Of a stretch of 64,000 nt of DNA, positions 1 through 14,059 are shown piece by piece. The stretch is from Lingula anatina (Eukaryota; Animalia; Brachiopoda), in contig CM120647.1 of the NCBI GenBank assembly GCA_051362555.1, forward strand, positions 558,001 to 622,000, in the 5' to 3' direction. A program made the translations under genes and the position numbers. The notes beneath the pieces were generated by a model that did not search any database, had not been told where the DNA came from, and worked only from the letters and a program-made list of their open reading frames with translations. Numbering within the stretch: position 1 is the first letter of the stretch; the number at the start of each line of letters is the position of its first letter.

Positions 1-563
1 AGAAGAAAGGGAGGGGTGGTATATTACGGTATTTTCTCACAGAAGCCATCACTAATTTCACTTAACTGTATAAAAGTCTAGTTACTAGAAAAACTTGTTT
101 CAGCGTATTTATTGATTTTATATAACTTTTCTCACAGACCAGCATTTGTTGGTCTAAATAATTGTATTTTTAACCAATACACATTTTGTACAAGGCTCTA
201 AGGAATAGTAAAAAATGCTAAAAGCAAAAGGCTGTTACAGTACGTAACAACAACAAAAAAATCATGTGTAAAAGCACTCTAAACAGCTATTTGGAATGTT
301 TCCATAAACCATAAAATAAACAAGGTATAAATTGTACCAAAATAATGATAAGGTATAACTAAAAACTAAATGAAAATATAGTACACATAATAACAGTTAT
401 GACCAATAATCTGCATGACAATGAAATTAAATCACCTAAAAAGTACTTCATATATGATTGTGTATGTGATAAAGACCTTGTGTAGAATGCAATGCATGAG
501 TTATTTTATACAAAATACAGTATACAAATATGAGTATAAAATGTATAATGAAACAATGGATAA

Positions 564-963
564 TTAATCAGATGTGCTGTCCGAAACACTTTTTGTCTTG
601 CTAATACTGTCACCACTTGATGTTGGTAAATGTGAGGTATCCAAACAGCCTTCTCCACAATATAATTTTCGATTGTATCCCTGCCTCATGGCAAACCCCA
701 TATACCACAGGACTGAAGTGATATGTGCACAACTTCCAACTGTCTTGGAACCAGCTTTACACTGTCAGTACCAGCGACTGATGGGTCTAGTTTTGCTATG
801 GGAGGTCTGAATCCATAATGTGTACTGGTGGCTAGATGTGTGTCTTAATTAACTATTTTGGCTCTGATTAAATCGGGTGCATCCTCGCATACACTGATTT
901 CAAACTGGCCATCTAGCAGATGCTCATCAGTATATCGGCTAGCTTGCTTTATCTGGTAAACTT
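564..963 (-). pseudogene. C-terminal remnant of a SWIM-zinc-finger-containing DDE transposase (PIF/Harbinger-ISL2EU-type)
   Basis: Manual minus-strand translation gives VYQIKQASRYTDEHLLDGQFEISVCEDAPDLIRAKI / RHTSSHQYTLWIQ..RWY*QCKAGSKTVGSCAHITSVLWYMGFA..., with a frameshift and an internal TGA; terminal stop at 564-566. This matches the WYCxCKxGxRTVGxCAHxxSVLWY SWIM motif. Absent from the ORF track because it is broken. Confidence 0.7.
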
Positions 964-1328
964 CTGGTATTTATTATAGGCTGGTGGTCTCTTGTATGGA
1001 CTATTTACCAAGTCAATAGGTTTTCACTGATTTCCTTGACAAATAAAGTCATTCATAGCATTTTGGTGAAAAAAAAAAAAGAAGAAAAAAACTCTCCAAA
1101 GCTACTATGAAAAGTGCTGGTGTGGAGGATAAGGTCATAAGTAACAAAACAAGGGTGTGTGTGATGAAGACTTTTATTTTACTTTTTATGCAAAATAGAC
1201 ATAAAAGGGGACATTTACACAACAATTTTGGTTGTACAAAATGTACTTTTATGCCCATTAGAGGGGGTTGGGTCAAGCCACCCTTATGTGTAGATGTCTA
1301 TTACAGCATGGGTCTCTATATAAAGATA

Positions 1329-4300
1329 CCGTACTAGGATTAAGAATGTGTACATTTACCCCGTGGACAATTTGAAGATTACACTGCGATTAATGCGGTG
1401 GAAAATACAATAGAGAGAGTGTATAATGATAGGGTCGCTAAATGATTGTTGACGGCATATAGTAACTAGCCTAATCCCCTGGTCGCCTGGGTAGCCACGC
1501 CCCCTTAGAGTACTTATGTAAACAAACGGTCTCCCGTAGCGAACTATCCTTTTGTTCAACAGCTTCGCGCGTGCAGCTGATTATGTATGTAGTGACGTGA
1601 CACTATAGCTAACTGCATATAAATTTGTGCTAACTGTTATTTGATTCATTCTGCTGTGTCGGATGTTGTGGATCAGCCCACTGGTTCGTTGACTTATGTT
1701 TTTCTGAAGATTGGTGGTGCAGATTTTGAGTGCTTAATTATTTACCCTCCTTCTAACAAGAGAAAGGGGAAGGGAGATAAAAAGAGAGAGTGTTAAATGA
1801 AACGGGTAATGAGTAATACATTACATTAAATAAAGGGACTCGCGGTGGAAGAAACGATAGACTGTTTTGCATCAAGGTATGCCATTATAATCCGACATGG
1901 CCCATAACATGATCCATAACATGACTCATTGTTGTATGCCTTATATTTGTGCCGACTTATATTTTACTCTCGTTCATTTCGTGAAACTATTTCCTTGAAT
2001 AAAGTCTTGCCTGTATAAATTAATTTTGTGACATGAAGTAATTAATAAAATGCGCCTGTTGAAAAGGGGGCTTTTCGTAACTAATAAAGGTTCACTATTC
2101 AGAAAAATATCGTCACCGTTCGTCGCCGCTACCTTCAGGAAAGCGTACCCTCCGCGTGGATCACCGGCATTTTTGATTATCTGACAAATTAGGGCAATTA
2201 ATGTTTTAGCTAATAATTCTGAATTTACTAATATTTTGGACTAAATTCGATGTCAGATTCATAGCAATGACGGAGAGCCGCCAGAGTAACTGTTTAATTT
2301 TCTAAACTAATCAAACTAGAACGCGTGGCGATAAAATGTGTCGCTAGATCTTGAAAACACTTAGCGAAATGCACCTAGTGACTATATTCAATGTGCCGTC
2401 ACTTAATTGCTTTCTCGATTTCATTAATTGACGATAGTCATTGCAGATAACAAGGAAGAGGAAATGCTGAAGACAAAACAACGTCGGGTCTTTGTGTGAC
2501 TTCCTCCCTAAACACTTTTTATGTTGCTGTCAAAGAAAAAGGAGTCTAGATAGCGATTATTTAAACCACTGCTGCTGCTTTTGCAGGTAGACTTCCTCGT
2601 TTATCATTTAAATGCTCCCCTCCCCCAGCAGACCCAACTTGATGCGTGTACGTCTTGGTAGCTATAGTACAGATCTTGGTTCAAGTAATGAAAAGTTTAA
2701 GCACAAAAAGATAATTTGAGGCTATTTTTTCATTCAAGACAAAATAAAGTATCTATGGTGTGTGACAATAGGGACTTTACAAAGCTTAATTTGTCCTTAA
2801 ATATATATTCCAGTAGCATAGGCGAGCGACGTAATTGTAACCTCAACTTGAGGTATCCTCGATGAAAGCGGAGTACAAAAATTAACTTTTTTAAATATCG
2901 ATTACAACATGCTGTACAATGATATTGAGACTAAAGGGTTTAATGGACTTCTTTGCCTTAAAAGCAATTCATTTCAAAATTAAAAGAAACAGTTTTTTCG
3001 GGGAGCGCGGGTAGACAGTTTACGTCAGGTGATTCGTTAAAGTCGAGGAGTGTTTCACTATCAAATGTGTAAATCATATATGTCATAAAACACTATAAGA
3101 ACGTTTTTTGTTACGATCTGCAACATTGTTCATTTATATAGCAGGGCGAAGTTAAAGCCAGAGGTAAATAGAACCTAATACCGTAATCCTCCTCGTCCAT
3201 TTATTTGAATCGTATCAAAACGTTTGATACACAATGTTCATTAAATTCATAATTTTGGCGATTTATTAAAACCATATTGGTACATAAAAGTTTAAGATTA
3301 GAATAAGTTAAGCAACAAACAGTATGAAGAACAACACCCTTTTTAAATGAGGCAAGACACCCTCTTCACACTGATTATAACCTTGAGAAAGACATTATGC
3401 AACTTAAGGCAAAGGAGTTATGCAAAGTTCCTTCAACTCGTGTGTGAATACAACACATTCTTTGTCACTTTTACAAGACAATGGAGGCGAGCAAGTACAG
3501 TAATTACAATGTACAATAAAAAGGACATTAGTATAGAAAGCTTACTTCGGGTCAGCCCTTTGTTTGTTCGAATGAAAGAGATAGATATCGCGCCGCGACT
3601 CCCTTTATTAAACCTTCGTGTGTTTGTGTGAAGGTGTGAAAGACAGGCAACGGTCTTTAGTCGCTGTTGATATTGTTCGCGATTAAAATTGAAGTATAAC
3701 TCCTTCGCCTGCATGTAAACGTGTTACTTTTCCTCATGTTCTCTATATTTCTTTTAGGTGGTTGAGACAATGGGATGAGATCGATAAAAGTAAAGGTTAA
3801 TCTATTAAGTGATGTGCATGTACTAGTACCTAGCATGTTTAAATTCTTGAATTTCTAATTTGTTAAATCTTTCATACACGGCCTCATATATGTATTACTC
3901 TCAGGCCTTCGATATTATTGTGTTACACGGGACTCCTGGAAACCTGAAGCACAGGTCTACGGAGTCTTGTTATCCTTCATGCAGTTTTATGGCTGGGATG
4001 AACACTGCGAAGTAGAAACAGGCTTTACTTAGCTTTACTTGTTGCACGACAGTTTAAACAAAACCAGTCTGCAAGGCTTGCTTTGATTTGGCGTTAACCT
4101 TAGACTGGTTTTAAAAGAACAAATATAAATACGTTCGATGGATTAAATGCGGCTTCGTTATATTTTAACTAAATGCGTTCATTTGCACAGTTACACAGAT
4201 AATATTTTTAAGTTGTCTGTCGTTCAGCACGCATTATAGGCGAGTAGCTATATAGTGACGGTGATCAATCCAAGCTCAATCTTGGCAAGTATCGTTTACA

Positions 4301-5692
4301 AAATAGATCATGTTGAATAAACTTAATTACGCTTTAATAAATAATCAACACACGGTTCGGTTATTGTCACTTGAAAGCTTTCGATCAAAGACGTTCAATG
4401 AAATCACAAATCATTTGACGATTAAAAAATGGACATGTTCAAGGGGCAGTTTTTGTTTCATCTAAAGGGACTTCAGGTTCAGGTAGAGGGTTCAGTTACG
4501 TGTTTCATCGGATGATAGCAGCACGCCCTAGGTCTAAACGAGTTGAAAAGAAGCTTTTTATCCAAACATCCTATTCCTAACTACTCAGTTAGGACAAAGG
4601 TCTAGTAACATGCACTGTGCAATTACTATTAATGGATCAGATGCATACTTGATTGTTTTTCCTCTGGTGTCGCACGTATGCATCCTTTCTTGAGTGATCT
4701 AAAACAAGTCGCTAGTGTACCATGTTTCTCACTGTAGCAAAATATGTTCGACATGGTGTTTCTGAACGGCAGCCGGAGACACAGTATAGGCATGCTTTAA
4801 GCTTGTTCGAGAGATAATAACAGTCGGGTTTAACAATAGATAGCGAGCTATAGTAAGACCCCCTCCTCTTTAACTGATGATTTACACTTTTAATTGACCG
4901 TACTTTCGTATATTGTATGGTCATACAGCCAGACTTCCCCCTGTTGCACGTTGTAGTTGGATTGTCATTGCGCCTATGTCAATGCACCTCATTTATTTCA
5001 ATATTATAATATAAGCATAATATAAGTAATATGTTATTTCCTTATTCCTCTTTCATTATCATTCATGTTTTATAAATACTTGAACGCTTGAATGCAGATA
5101 TTTCAAATTAAAACGTAAGTACATAAATAAATTATACATTTATAAATTAATGCAATAGGAATTTTTTGAGACAGATTGATGCTGACGCTCATGCATTTCA
5201 AACAAACAAACAATAATTAGTTCAATTTTTGACTGCAGAAATTTCATATAGGATGAAATAACTGATAACAAATTTAACTAGCAGTTTGTTAGCAACACTA
5301 AAAACCAGCTGCGCGTGCCAAACTAGTGAACAAAAGGACAGTTCGCTTTGCGTGGCATGCCTTAGCATGGGTTTAGCCTCTTCAAGCTATAATCCTATCG
5401 CCGCAACAAACAATAGGGACCTTCTGGCTGATGTATCCTGCTGTTAATTACACCTAGTTACAGTGGATTGTCACGCTCGCGCTGGGCCACAGAAACCGGC
5501 GTCATGGGGTTCACTCGTATTAAGTATTGTGTTATTCCACCTAAGCTATTGTGTTTGTGCGTTCGAATTTTGAAGGGATTTATACGGCCCTCCATTGTTT
5601 GTCCGCCCCCTTCTATTCACAAGATAGGGATTAAAACATTTCGAACGTTGTTATACCGGTGTACAATGCAAACAAAATTATTCCGACCACTG
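1329..5692. mobile_element. 4364-bp non-coding putative DNA element, copy 1 of a tandem dimer
   Basis: Starts CCGTACTAGGATTAAG after TA and ends ...TTCCGACCACTG; repeated directly at 5693. Imperfect inverted repeat at 1538-1642 vs 5256-5347. No recognisable protein. Confidence 0.7.
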
Positions 5693-8600
5693 CCGTACTA
5701 GGATTAAGAATGTGTACATTTACCCCGTGGACCATTTGAAGATTACACTGCGATTAATGCGGTAGAAAATACAATAGAGTGTATAATGATAGGGTCGCTA
5801 AACGATTGTTGACGGCATATAGTAACTAGCCTAATCCCCTGGTCGCCTGGGTAGCCACGCCCCCTTAGAGTACTTATGTAAACAAACGGTCTCCCGTAGC
5901 GAACTATCCTTTTGTTCAACAGCTTCGCGCGTGCAGCTGATTATGTATGTAGTGACACTATAGCTAACTGCATATAAATTTGTGCTAGCTGTTATTTGAT
6001 TCATTCTGCTGTGTCGGATGTTGTGGATCAGCCCACTGGTTCGTTGACTTATGTTTTTCTGAAGATTGGTGGTGCAGATTTTGAGTGCTTAATTATTTAC
6101 CCTCCTTCTAACAAGAGAAAGGGGAAGGGAGATAAAAAGAGAGAGTGTTAAATGAAACGGGTAATGAGTAATACATTACATTAAATAAAGGGACTCGTGG
6201 TGGAAGAAACGATAGACTGTTTTGCATCAAGGTATGCCATTATAATCCGACATGGCCCATAACATGATCCATAACATGACTCATTGTTGTATGCCTTATA
6301 TTTGTGCCGACTTATATTTTACTCTCGTTCATTTCGTGAAACTATTTCCTTGAATAAAGTCTTGCCTGTATAAATTAATTTTGTGACATGAAGTAATTAA
6401 TAAAACGCGCCTGTTGAAAAGGGGGCTTTTCGTAACTAATAAAGGTTCACTATTCAGAAAAATATCGTCGCCGTTCGTCGCCGCTACCTTCAGGAAAGCG
6501 TACCCTCCGCGTGGATCACCGGCATTTTTGATTATCTGACAAATTAGGGCAATTAATGTTTTAGCTAATAATTCTGAATTTACTAATATTTTGGACTAAA
6601 TTCGATGTCAGATTCATAGCAATGACGGAGAGCCGCCAGAGTAACTGTTTAATTTTCTAAACTAATCAAACTAGAACGCGTGGCGATAAAGTGTGTCGCT
6701 AGATCTTGAATACACTTAGCGAAATGCACCTAGTGACTATATTCAATGTGCCGTCACTTAATTGCTTTCTCGATTTCATTAATTGACGATAGTCATTGCA
6801 GATAACAAGGAAGAGGAAATGCTGAAGACAAAACAACGTCGGGTCTTTGTGTGACTTTCTCCCTAAACACTTTTTATGTTGCTGTCAAAGAAAAAGGAGT
6901 CTAGATAGCGATTATTTAAACCACTGCTGCTGCTTTTGCAGGTAGACTTCCTCGTTTATCATTTAAATGCTCCCCTCCCCCAGCAGACCCAACTTGATGC
7001 ATGTACGTCTTGGTAGCTATAGTACAGATCTTGGTTCAAGTAATGAAAAGTTTAAGCACAAAAAGATAATTTGAGGCTATTTTTTCATTCAAGACAAAAT
7101 AAAGTATCTATGGTGTGTGACAATAGGGACTTTACAAAGCTTAATTTGTCCTTAAATATATATTCCAGTAGCATAGGCGAGCGACGTAATTGTAACCTCA
7201 ACTTGAGGTATCCTCGATGAAAGCGGAGTCCAAAATTAACTTTTTTAAATATCGATTACAACATGCTGTACAATGATATTGAGACTAAAGGGTTTAATGG
7301 ACTTCTTTGCCTTAAAAGCAATTCATTTCAAAATTAAAAGAAACAGTTTTTTCGGGGAGCGCGGGTAGACAGTTTACGTCAGGTGATTCGTTAAAGTCGA
7401 GGAGTGTTTCACTATCAAATGTGTAAATCATATATGTCATAAAACACTATAAGAACGTTTTTTGTTACGATCTGCAACATTTGTTCATTTATATAGCAGG
7501 TCGAAGTTAAAGCCAGAGGTAAATAGAACCTAATACCGTAATCCTCCTCGTCCATTTATTTGAATCGTATCAAAACGTTTGATACACAATGTTCATTAAA
7601 TTCATAATTTTGGCGATTTATTAAAACCATATTGGTACATAAAAGTTTAAGATTAGCATAAGTTAAGCAACAACCAGTATGAAGAACAACCCCCTTTTTA
7701 AATGAGGCAAGACACCCTCTTCGCACTGATTATAACCTTGAGAAAGACATTATGCAACTTAAGGCAAAGGAGTTATGCAAAGTTCTTTCAACTCGTGTGT
7801 GAATACAACACATTCTTTGTCACTTCTACAAGACAATGGAGGCGAGCAAGTAGAGTAATTACAATATACAATAAAAAGGACATTAGTATAGAAAGCTTAC
7901 TTCGGGTCAGCCCTTTGCTTGTTCGAATAAAAGAGATAGATATCGCGCCGCGACTAGTCTCCCTTTATTAAACCTTCGTATGTTTTTGTAAAAGTGTGAA
8001 AGACAGGCAACGGTCTTTAGTCGCTGTTGATATTGTTCGCGATTAATATTGAAGTATATCTCCTTCGCCTGCATGTAAACGTGTTACTTTTCCTCATGTT
8101 CTCTATATTTCTTTTAGGTGGTTGAGACAATGGGATGAGATCGATAAAAGTAAAGGTTAATCTAAACAATATTAGATGCAATTTTTGTGAAATGACTTAT
8201 TAAGTGATGTGCATGTACCTAGCATGTTTAAATTCTTGAATTTCTAATTTGTTAAATCTTTCATACACGGCCTCATATATGTATTACTCTCAGGCCTTCG
8301 ATATTATTGTGTTACACGGGACTCCTGGAAACCTGAAGCACAGGTCTACGGAGTCTTGTTATCCTTCATGCAGTTTTATGGCTGGGATGAACACTGCGAA
8401 GTAGAAACAGGCTTTACTTAGCTTTACTTGATGCACGACAGTTTAAACAAAACCAGTCTGCAAGGCTTGCTTTGATTTGGCGTTAACCTTACACTGGTTT
8501 TAAAAGAACAAATATAAATATGTTCGATGGATTAAATGCCGGCTTCGTTATATTTTAACTAAATGCGTTCATTTGCACAGTTACACAGATAATATTTTTA

Positions 8601-10089
8601 AGTTGTCTGTCGTTCAGCACGCATTATAGGCGAGTAGCTAAATAGTGACGGTGATCAATCCAAGCTCAATCTTGGCAAGTATCGTTTACAAAATAGATCA
8701 TGTTGAATAAACTTAATTACGCTTTAATAAATAATCAACACACGGTTCGGTTATTGTCACTTGAAAGCTTTCGATCAAAGACGTTCAATGAAATCAGAAA
8801 TCATTTGACGATTAAAAAATGGACATGTTCAAGGGGCAGTATTTGTTTCAGCTAAAGGGACTTCAGGTTCAGGTAGAGGGTTCATTTACGTGTTTCATCG
8901 GATGATAGCATCACGCCCTAGGTTTAAGCGAGTTGAATAGAAGCTTTTTATCCAAACATCCTATTCCTAACTACTCAGTTAGGACAAAGGTCTAGTAACA
9001 TGCACTGTGCAATTACTATTAATGGATCAGATGCATACTTGATTGTTTTTCCTCTGGTGTCGCACGTATGCATCCTTTCTTGAGTGATCTAAAACAAGTC
9101 GCTAGTGTACCATGTTTCTCACTGTAGCAAAATATGTTCGACATGGTGTTTCTGAACGGCAGCCGGAGACACAGTAATTGTATAGGCATGCTTTAAGCTT
9201 GTTCGAGAGATAATAACAGTCGGGTTTAACAATAGATAGCGAGCTATAGTAAGACCTCCTCCTCTTTAACTGATGATTTACACTTTTAATTGACCGTACT
9301 TTCGTATATTGTATGATCATACAGCCAGACTTCCCCCTGTTGCACGTTGTAGTTGGATTGTCATTGCGCCTATGTCAATGCACCTCATTTAATTTCAATA
9401 TTATAATATAAGCATAATATAAGTAATATGTTATTTCCTTATTCCTCTTTCATTATCATTCATGTTTTATAAATACTTGAACGCTTGAATGCAGATATTT
9501 CAAATTAAAACGTAAGTACATAAATAAATTATACATTTATAAATTAATGCAATAGGAATTTTTTGAGACAGATTGATTCTGACGCTCATGCATTTCAACC
9601 AAACAAACAATAATTAGTTCAATTTTTGACTGCGGAAATTTCTTATAGGATGAAATAACTGATAACAAATTTAACTAGCAGTTTGTTAGCAACACTAAAA
9701 ACCAGCTGCGCGTGCCAAACTAGTGAACAAAAGGACAGTTCGCTTCTCGTGGCACGCCTTAGCATGGGTTTAGCCTCTTCAAGCTATAATCCTATCGCCG
9801 CAACAAACAATAGGGACCTTCTGGCTGATGTATCCTGCTGTTAATTACACCTAGTTACAGCGGATTGTCACGCTCGCGCTGGGCCACAGAAACCGGCGTC
9901 ATGGGGTTCACTCGTATTAAGTATTGTGTTATTCCACCTAAGCTATTGTGTTTGTGCGTTCGTATTTTGAAGGGATTTATACGGCCCTCCATTGTTTGTC
10001 CGCCCCCTTCTATTCACAAGATAGGGATTAAAACATTTCGAACGTTGTTACACCGGTGTACAACGGAAACAAAATTATTCCGATCACTG
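5693..10089. mobile_element. ~4.4-kb non-coding putative DNA element, copy 2 of the tandem dimer
   Basis: Near-identical to 1329-5692 with scattered substitutions and small indels (e.g. ~35 extra bp near 8165-8197). Ends ...CCGATCACTG followed by TA. Confidence 0.7.
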
Positions 10090-10250
10090 TAGGAGCCACC
10101 ATAATGTTCATCTGCTATTATAATAATTAATATAACTTTGAATATCTGAAGCACATTTTACATTTAATCTTTCTTAATTCTAAGAAATAAGAATGAAAGT
10201 AATATATACGTACTGTATTTGGACTCTATTTCCTATCCATATTTCCCCTT

Positions 10251-10297
<47 letters not shown>

Positions 10298-10298
10298 T
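10251..10298. repeat. (TTTA)n microsatellite
   Basis: Direct reading. Confidence 0.95.
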
Positions 10299-10483
10299 AT
10301 ATTTTTTAATAGCATGCATTACATGAAAATTACTTTTCTTTTTTTTTGGGCTGTAATTGAAAAAAAATTACTGACTCTAACCCCTATTTTCTTTTCAATG
10401 ACCTACATTTTATTTTGGGTTGTTCTTTTTGTACAAAAGTTTCATTGTATCTGCCTAGCCATCCTATGTAAGCATGTAGCAGC

Positions 10484-10641
10484 AGGGGCGTCTCGATAGT
10501 CCGAAGGTTCATTGGTCCGAAAAGTGGTAACATTTTCATCGATTTTTTAATCAAGGGTTCATTGGTCCGAAGGTTCTGTAGTGAATATTCGGACCAATGA
10601 ACCTTCGGACTGTTGAACCTTCGGACTATTGCTACGGCCCC
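10484..10641. mobile_element. MITE with 8-bp TSD (superfamily unassigned)
   Basis: TIRs AGGGGCGTCTCGATAGTCCGAAGGTTCA / TGAACCTTCGGACTATTGCTACGGCCCC; GTAGCAGC on both sides (10476-10483, 10642-10649); internal GGTTCATTGGTCCGAA repeats. A related right-end fragment is at ~52400-52440. Confidence 0.85.
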
Positions 10642-11148
10642 GTAGCAGCTACCTCATGGCAGGAATAAACATGGCCGCCTGCTAGCTTATGGACTGAAAA
10701 TGTCCCTATTTAGTTTGAGTACATATCGAGCCCAACCCTCAGACAAGCTGATTTTCACATATATCTCACCTTATATTCATGTCTTTTCGACCGTGAATAA
10801 TTAGCTTGTCTGAGGCAGGGGCTCATATAAAAAAATGAACATCTTTTATCCTCAAGTCACTGTAAGATTCTTCTTTCAATCAGCACTACATGTACAAATA
10901 AAGCAATCAAAATATTGCTCACAAACAATGATTGGCCACATATTGCCTTACTTTTTTACATGGGCACCTTCTGTACCCAATTACAAAATTTCACAGTTGT
11001 CACCCCACTATAACTAAAGATATGTAGCATTGCAATTCAGACCCCCCCTAAAACACACATTTTCATGAATATTTGACAAGGTCATTTTGACATTAATTTT
11101 TATGTACAGACACAGATGTGTCTGTACATATAGCCATCATCTGCGTCT

Positions 11149-11179
<31 letters not shown>

Positions 11180-13989
11180 CTGTCGCCGTCGCCGTCGCCG
11201 TCGCCGTGCACTTTTACCGATAACACGATAAGTGGAAAACCATTTTGCCTTTTGATTTGAAACTTGCAGAACTGATGAATATTCATAATATGCAGGTCAA
11301 GTTCGAAAATCAGCATGATCGGGTCACTCTTAGGGAATTTATGCTGTTTTTTCACTTTTTTCAACATATATGCAGCACCGATAACACGATAAGTGGAAAA
11401 CCATTGTACCTTTTGGCTTGAAACTTACAGAACTGATGAATATTCATAATACGCAGGTCGAGTTCGAAAATCAGCATGATCGAGTCACTTATAGGGAATT
11501 TATGCTGTTTTTTCACTTTTTTCAGCATATATGCAGCACCGATAACACGATAAGTGGAAAACCATTTTACCTTTTGGCTTGAAACTTACAGAACTGATGA
11601 ATATACATAATATGCAGGTCAAGTTCGAAAATCAGCGTGATTGGGTCATTTTTAGTGAATTTAGGCTATTTTTTCTCTTTTTTCAGCATATATGCAGCAC
11701 CGATAACACCATAAATGGAAAACCATTTGACCTTTTGGCTTGAAACCTACAGAACTGATGAATATTCATAATACGCAGGTCAAGTTCGAAAATCAGCATG
11801 ATTGGGTCATTTTTAGTGAATTTAGGCTATTTTTTCACTTTTTTTCAGCATTTTTGCAACACTGATAACACAATAAATGAAGAGCTGTTTTACCCTATGG
11901 CTTGAAACTTACAGAACTGATAAATATTCATAATAAGCAGGTCAAGTTCGAAAATCAGCACGATCGGGTCACTTATAGGGAATTTATGCTGTTTTTTTTT
12001 TCACTTTTTTCAGTATATATGCAACACTGATAACACAATATAAGAAAAACAGATTGGCCAATTGTCATTATACTCACAGGAGGGGCCAATCTTACTAAAA
12101 CGCAGGTTGAGTTTGAAAATCAGCATAATCAGTCCATTATTTTAAAAGGTAATGCTGTTTTTTCACATTTCCTCACATTCAATTCTTAGGCATGTTAACA
12201 GTCTCATTATTGAACTAATAAGATACGTAAATGTGTTTGTTTGGCATTTCCTGCATCTTTACAACATTGTTAGTTGATTTTGTAAAAATGATGGTAAACT
12301 TGTTATCATGTATTGTGTAATAAAGTGTCAAAAATGGAAATAAACTCATATCATTGCAGTTTGTCAGATGCATTCATCCACTATGTTCAGAATCTCAGAA
12401 TGGAGGAAGTTGGACATTTAAAACTGTTCTATTGATACTTTTCCCATCTCATCAATTTTCTTCATTGGTCATATAAAAATGGCAGTAAACTGTTTATTTT
12501 GTTTTATGTTTAAAAAGTGTTAAAAATGGAAATAAACCCATTTCAGAACAGTGTTGTATTGTTTACATTTTGGCATTTTCAATATGTGACTTTGAAGTTC
12601 CATGGGCCTGAAGGCTTTTGCTAGTTACATTTTCTGAATAACCATGATACAAATATTTTATAATTAAAAATTGATGGTCATTATGCTGTTAAACATTATG
12701 TAATGTTGCATGAAAATTTGAAGAAACCCCTATTTTGGGCACTGCTCCCATGATGACCATTTAACAAAAATCATGTCAATTACTGTTCTCAAACTTACAG
12801 GAAAGAAACATGGGTCTAAAATACAGCTCCAGTAGGCAATGCAGTCTGTTTGGTAAATTTTTCTGGCAATTAAACAGTTTTTTGTGAAAATTTAATTTTT
12901 CACATATTGGCATTTCCAAGGTGTGACTTAGAACCTCCACGGGCTTGAAGACCCGTGCTAGTCACATTTTGTGAAAATCCATGACACTTATATTTTATTA
13001 TTAAAAATCGATGGTCATTATGCTGTTAAGCATTATGTAATGTTGCATCAAAATAGAAGAAAACACAATTTTTGGTGCTGCTGCCTTGATGACCATTATG
13101 GAAAAACCGTGTTACTTATGACTGTCAAACTTTCAAAAAAGAAACACAGGACTAAAATGCAGCCTGAGTTAGAAAAGCAGTCTAATTGGCTTCTTTTTCT
13201 GGAAGTTATACATTTTAGTGTTATATTCATTATCTTTTTTGGCATATTCATTGTGGGACTCGGAGCTCCCATGGACATGAAGCCAAATGGTAATCATATT
13301 TTCTACATGTCCATCCTATTTATAGTCAATAAACAAAAATTGGTGATAATTATTCTCTAATTTATTATGTAATGTTACATCAAAATTGACAATCTTTTTG
13401 CACTGCTACTGCAAACATTATGAAAAGAAAACTGTGCTACTTATTATAATTTTAAACTTACAAGTACGATTTTTATGATTGGCCTTCAGCTCATGAGAAA
13501 ACCAGCTCTATTGGATTATCATGTTTATTGTATTTATGCATTTTTTGTGAAATTTTCATTTTTCTCATTCTGGCACTTTCTAAGTATAAACTTGAACTCT
13601 GATGGGCCTGAAGCCTTATGCTTTTACTTTCGTCTGTGTTACCTGTTGTGCATAAGTTGATGTTGACTGTGCAGTTAAACATAATGTATTATTGCATCAG
13701 GATTGGTAGTCTCCTATTTTGGGCATTATGGTTTTGTGCTTTTCTTAAGGTGTGACTTATGGGCCTGAAGACCTTTGAGTGGGTCAGTCTGTAAATTACC
13801 CTTGGGTATCACTAGATTAATTTCAGAGTTATAAAGTCATTTGCTTTAATAGGCCATTAAATGAGATTACATAAAGCACACTTGTTGATATTTCCCTGTA
13901 AACTCCCAAAGGTAAAGCTCTCTGCTAGATTAATAATAAGGAAGCAGTGATAATTATGCAGGTAAATTTTGTTTAATATTGCAAATAAG

Positions 13990-13990
<1 letters not shown>

Positions 13991-14056
<66 letters not shown>
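13991..14056. repeat. (TA)n microsatellite inside HINE copy A
   Basis: Direct reading; shorter counterpart at ~59494-59518. Confidence 0.95.

Positions 14057-14059
<3 letters not shown>

Noticed and set aside
765-767. In-frame TGA at a SWIM cysteine as selenocysteine
   Set aside because: The same fragment is frameshifted and truncated; a simple nonsense mutation is more likely.
3347-9320. ORFs within the 4.36-kb units (3347-3631, 4712-4924, 5468-5701 and their copies)
   Set aside because: No recognisable domain; their conservation just reflects the duplication, and the copies differ by a frameshifting indel at the end of the first ORF.
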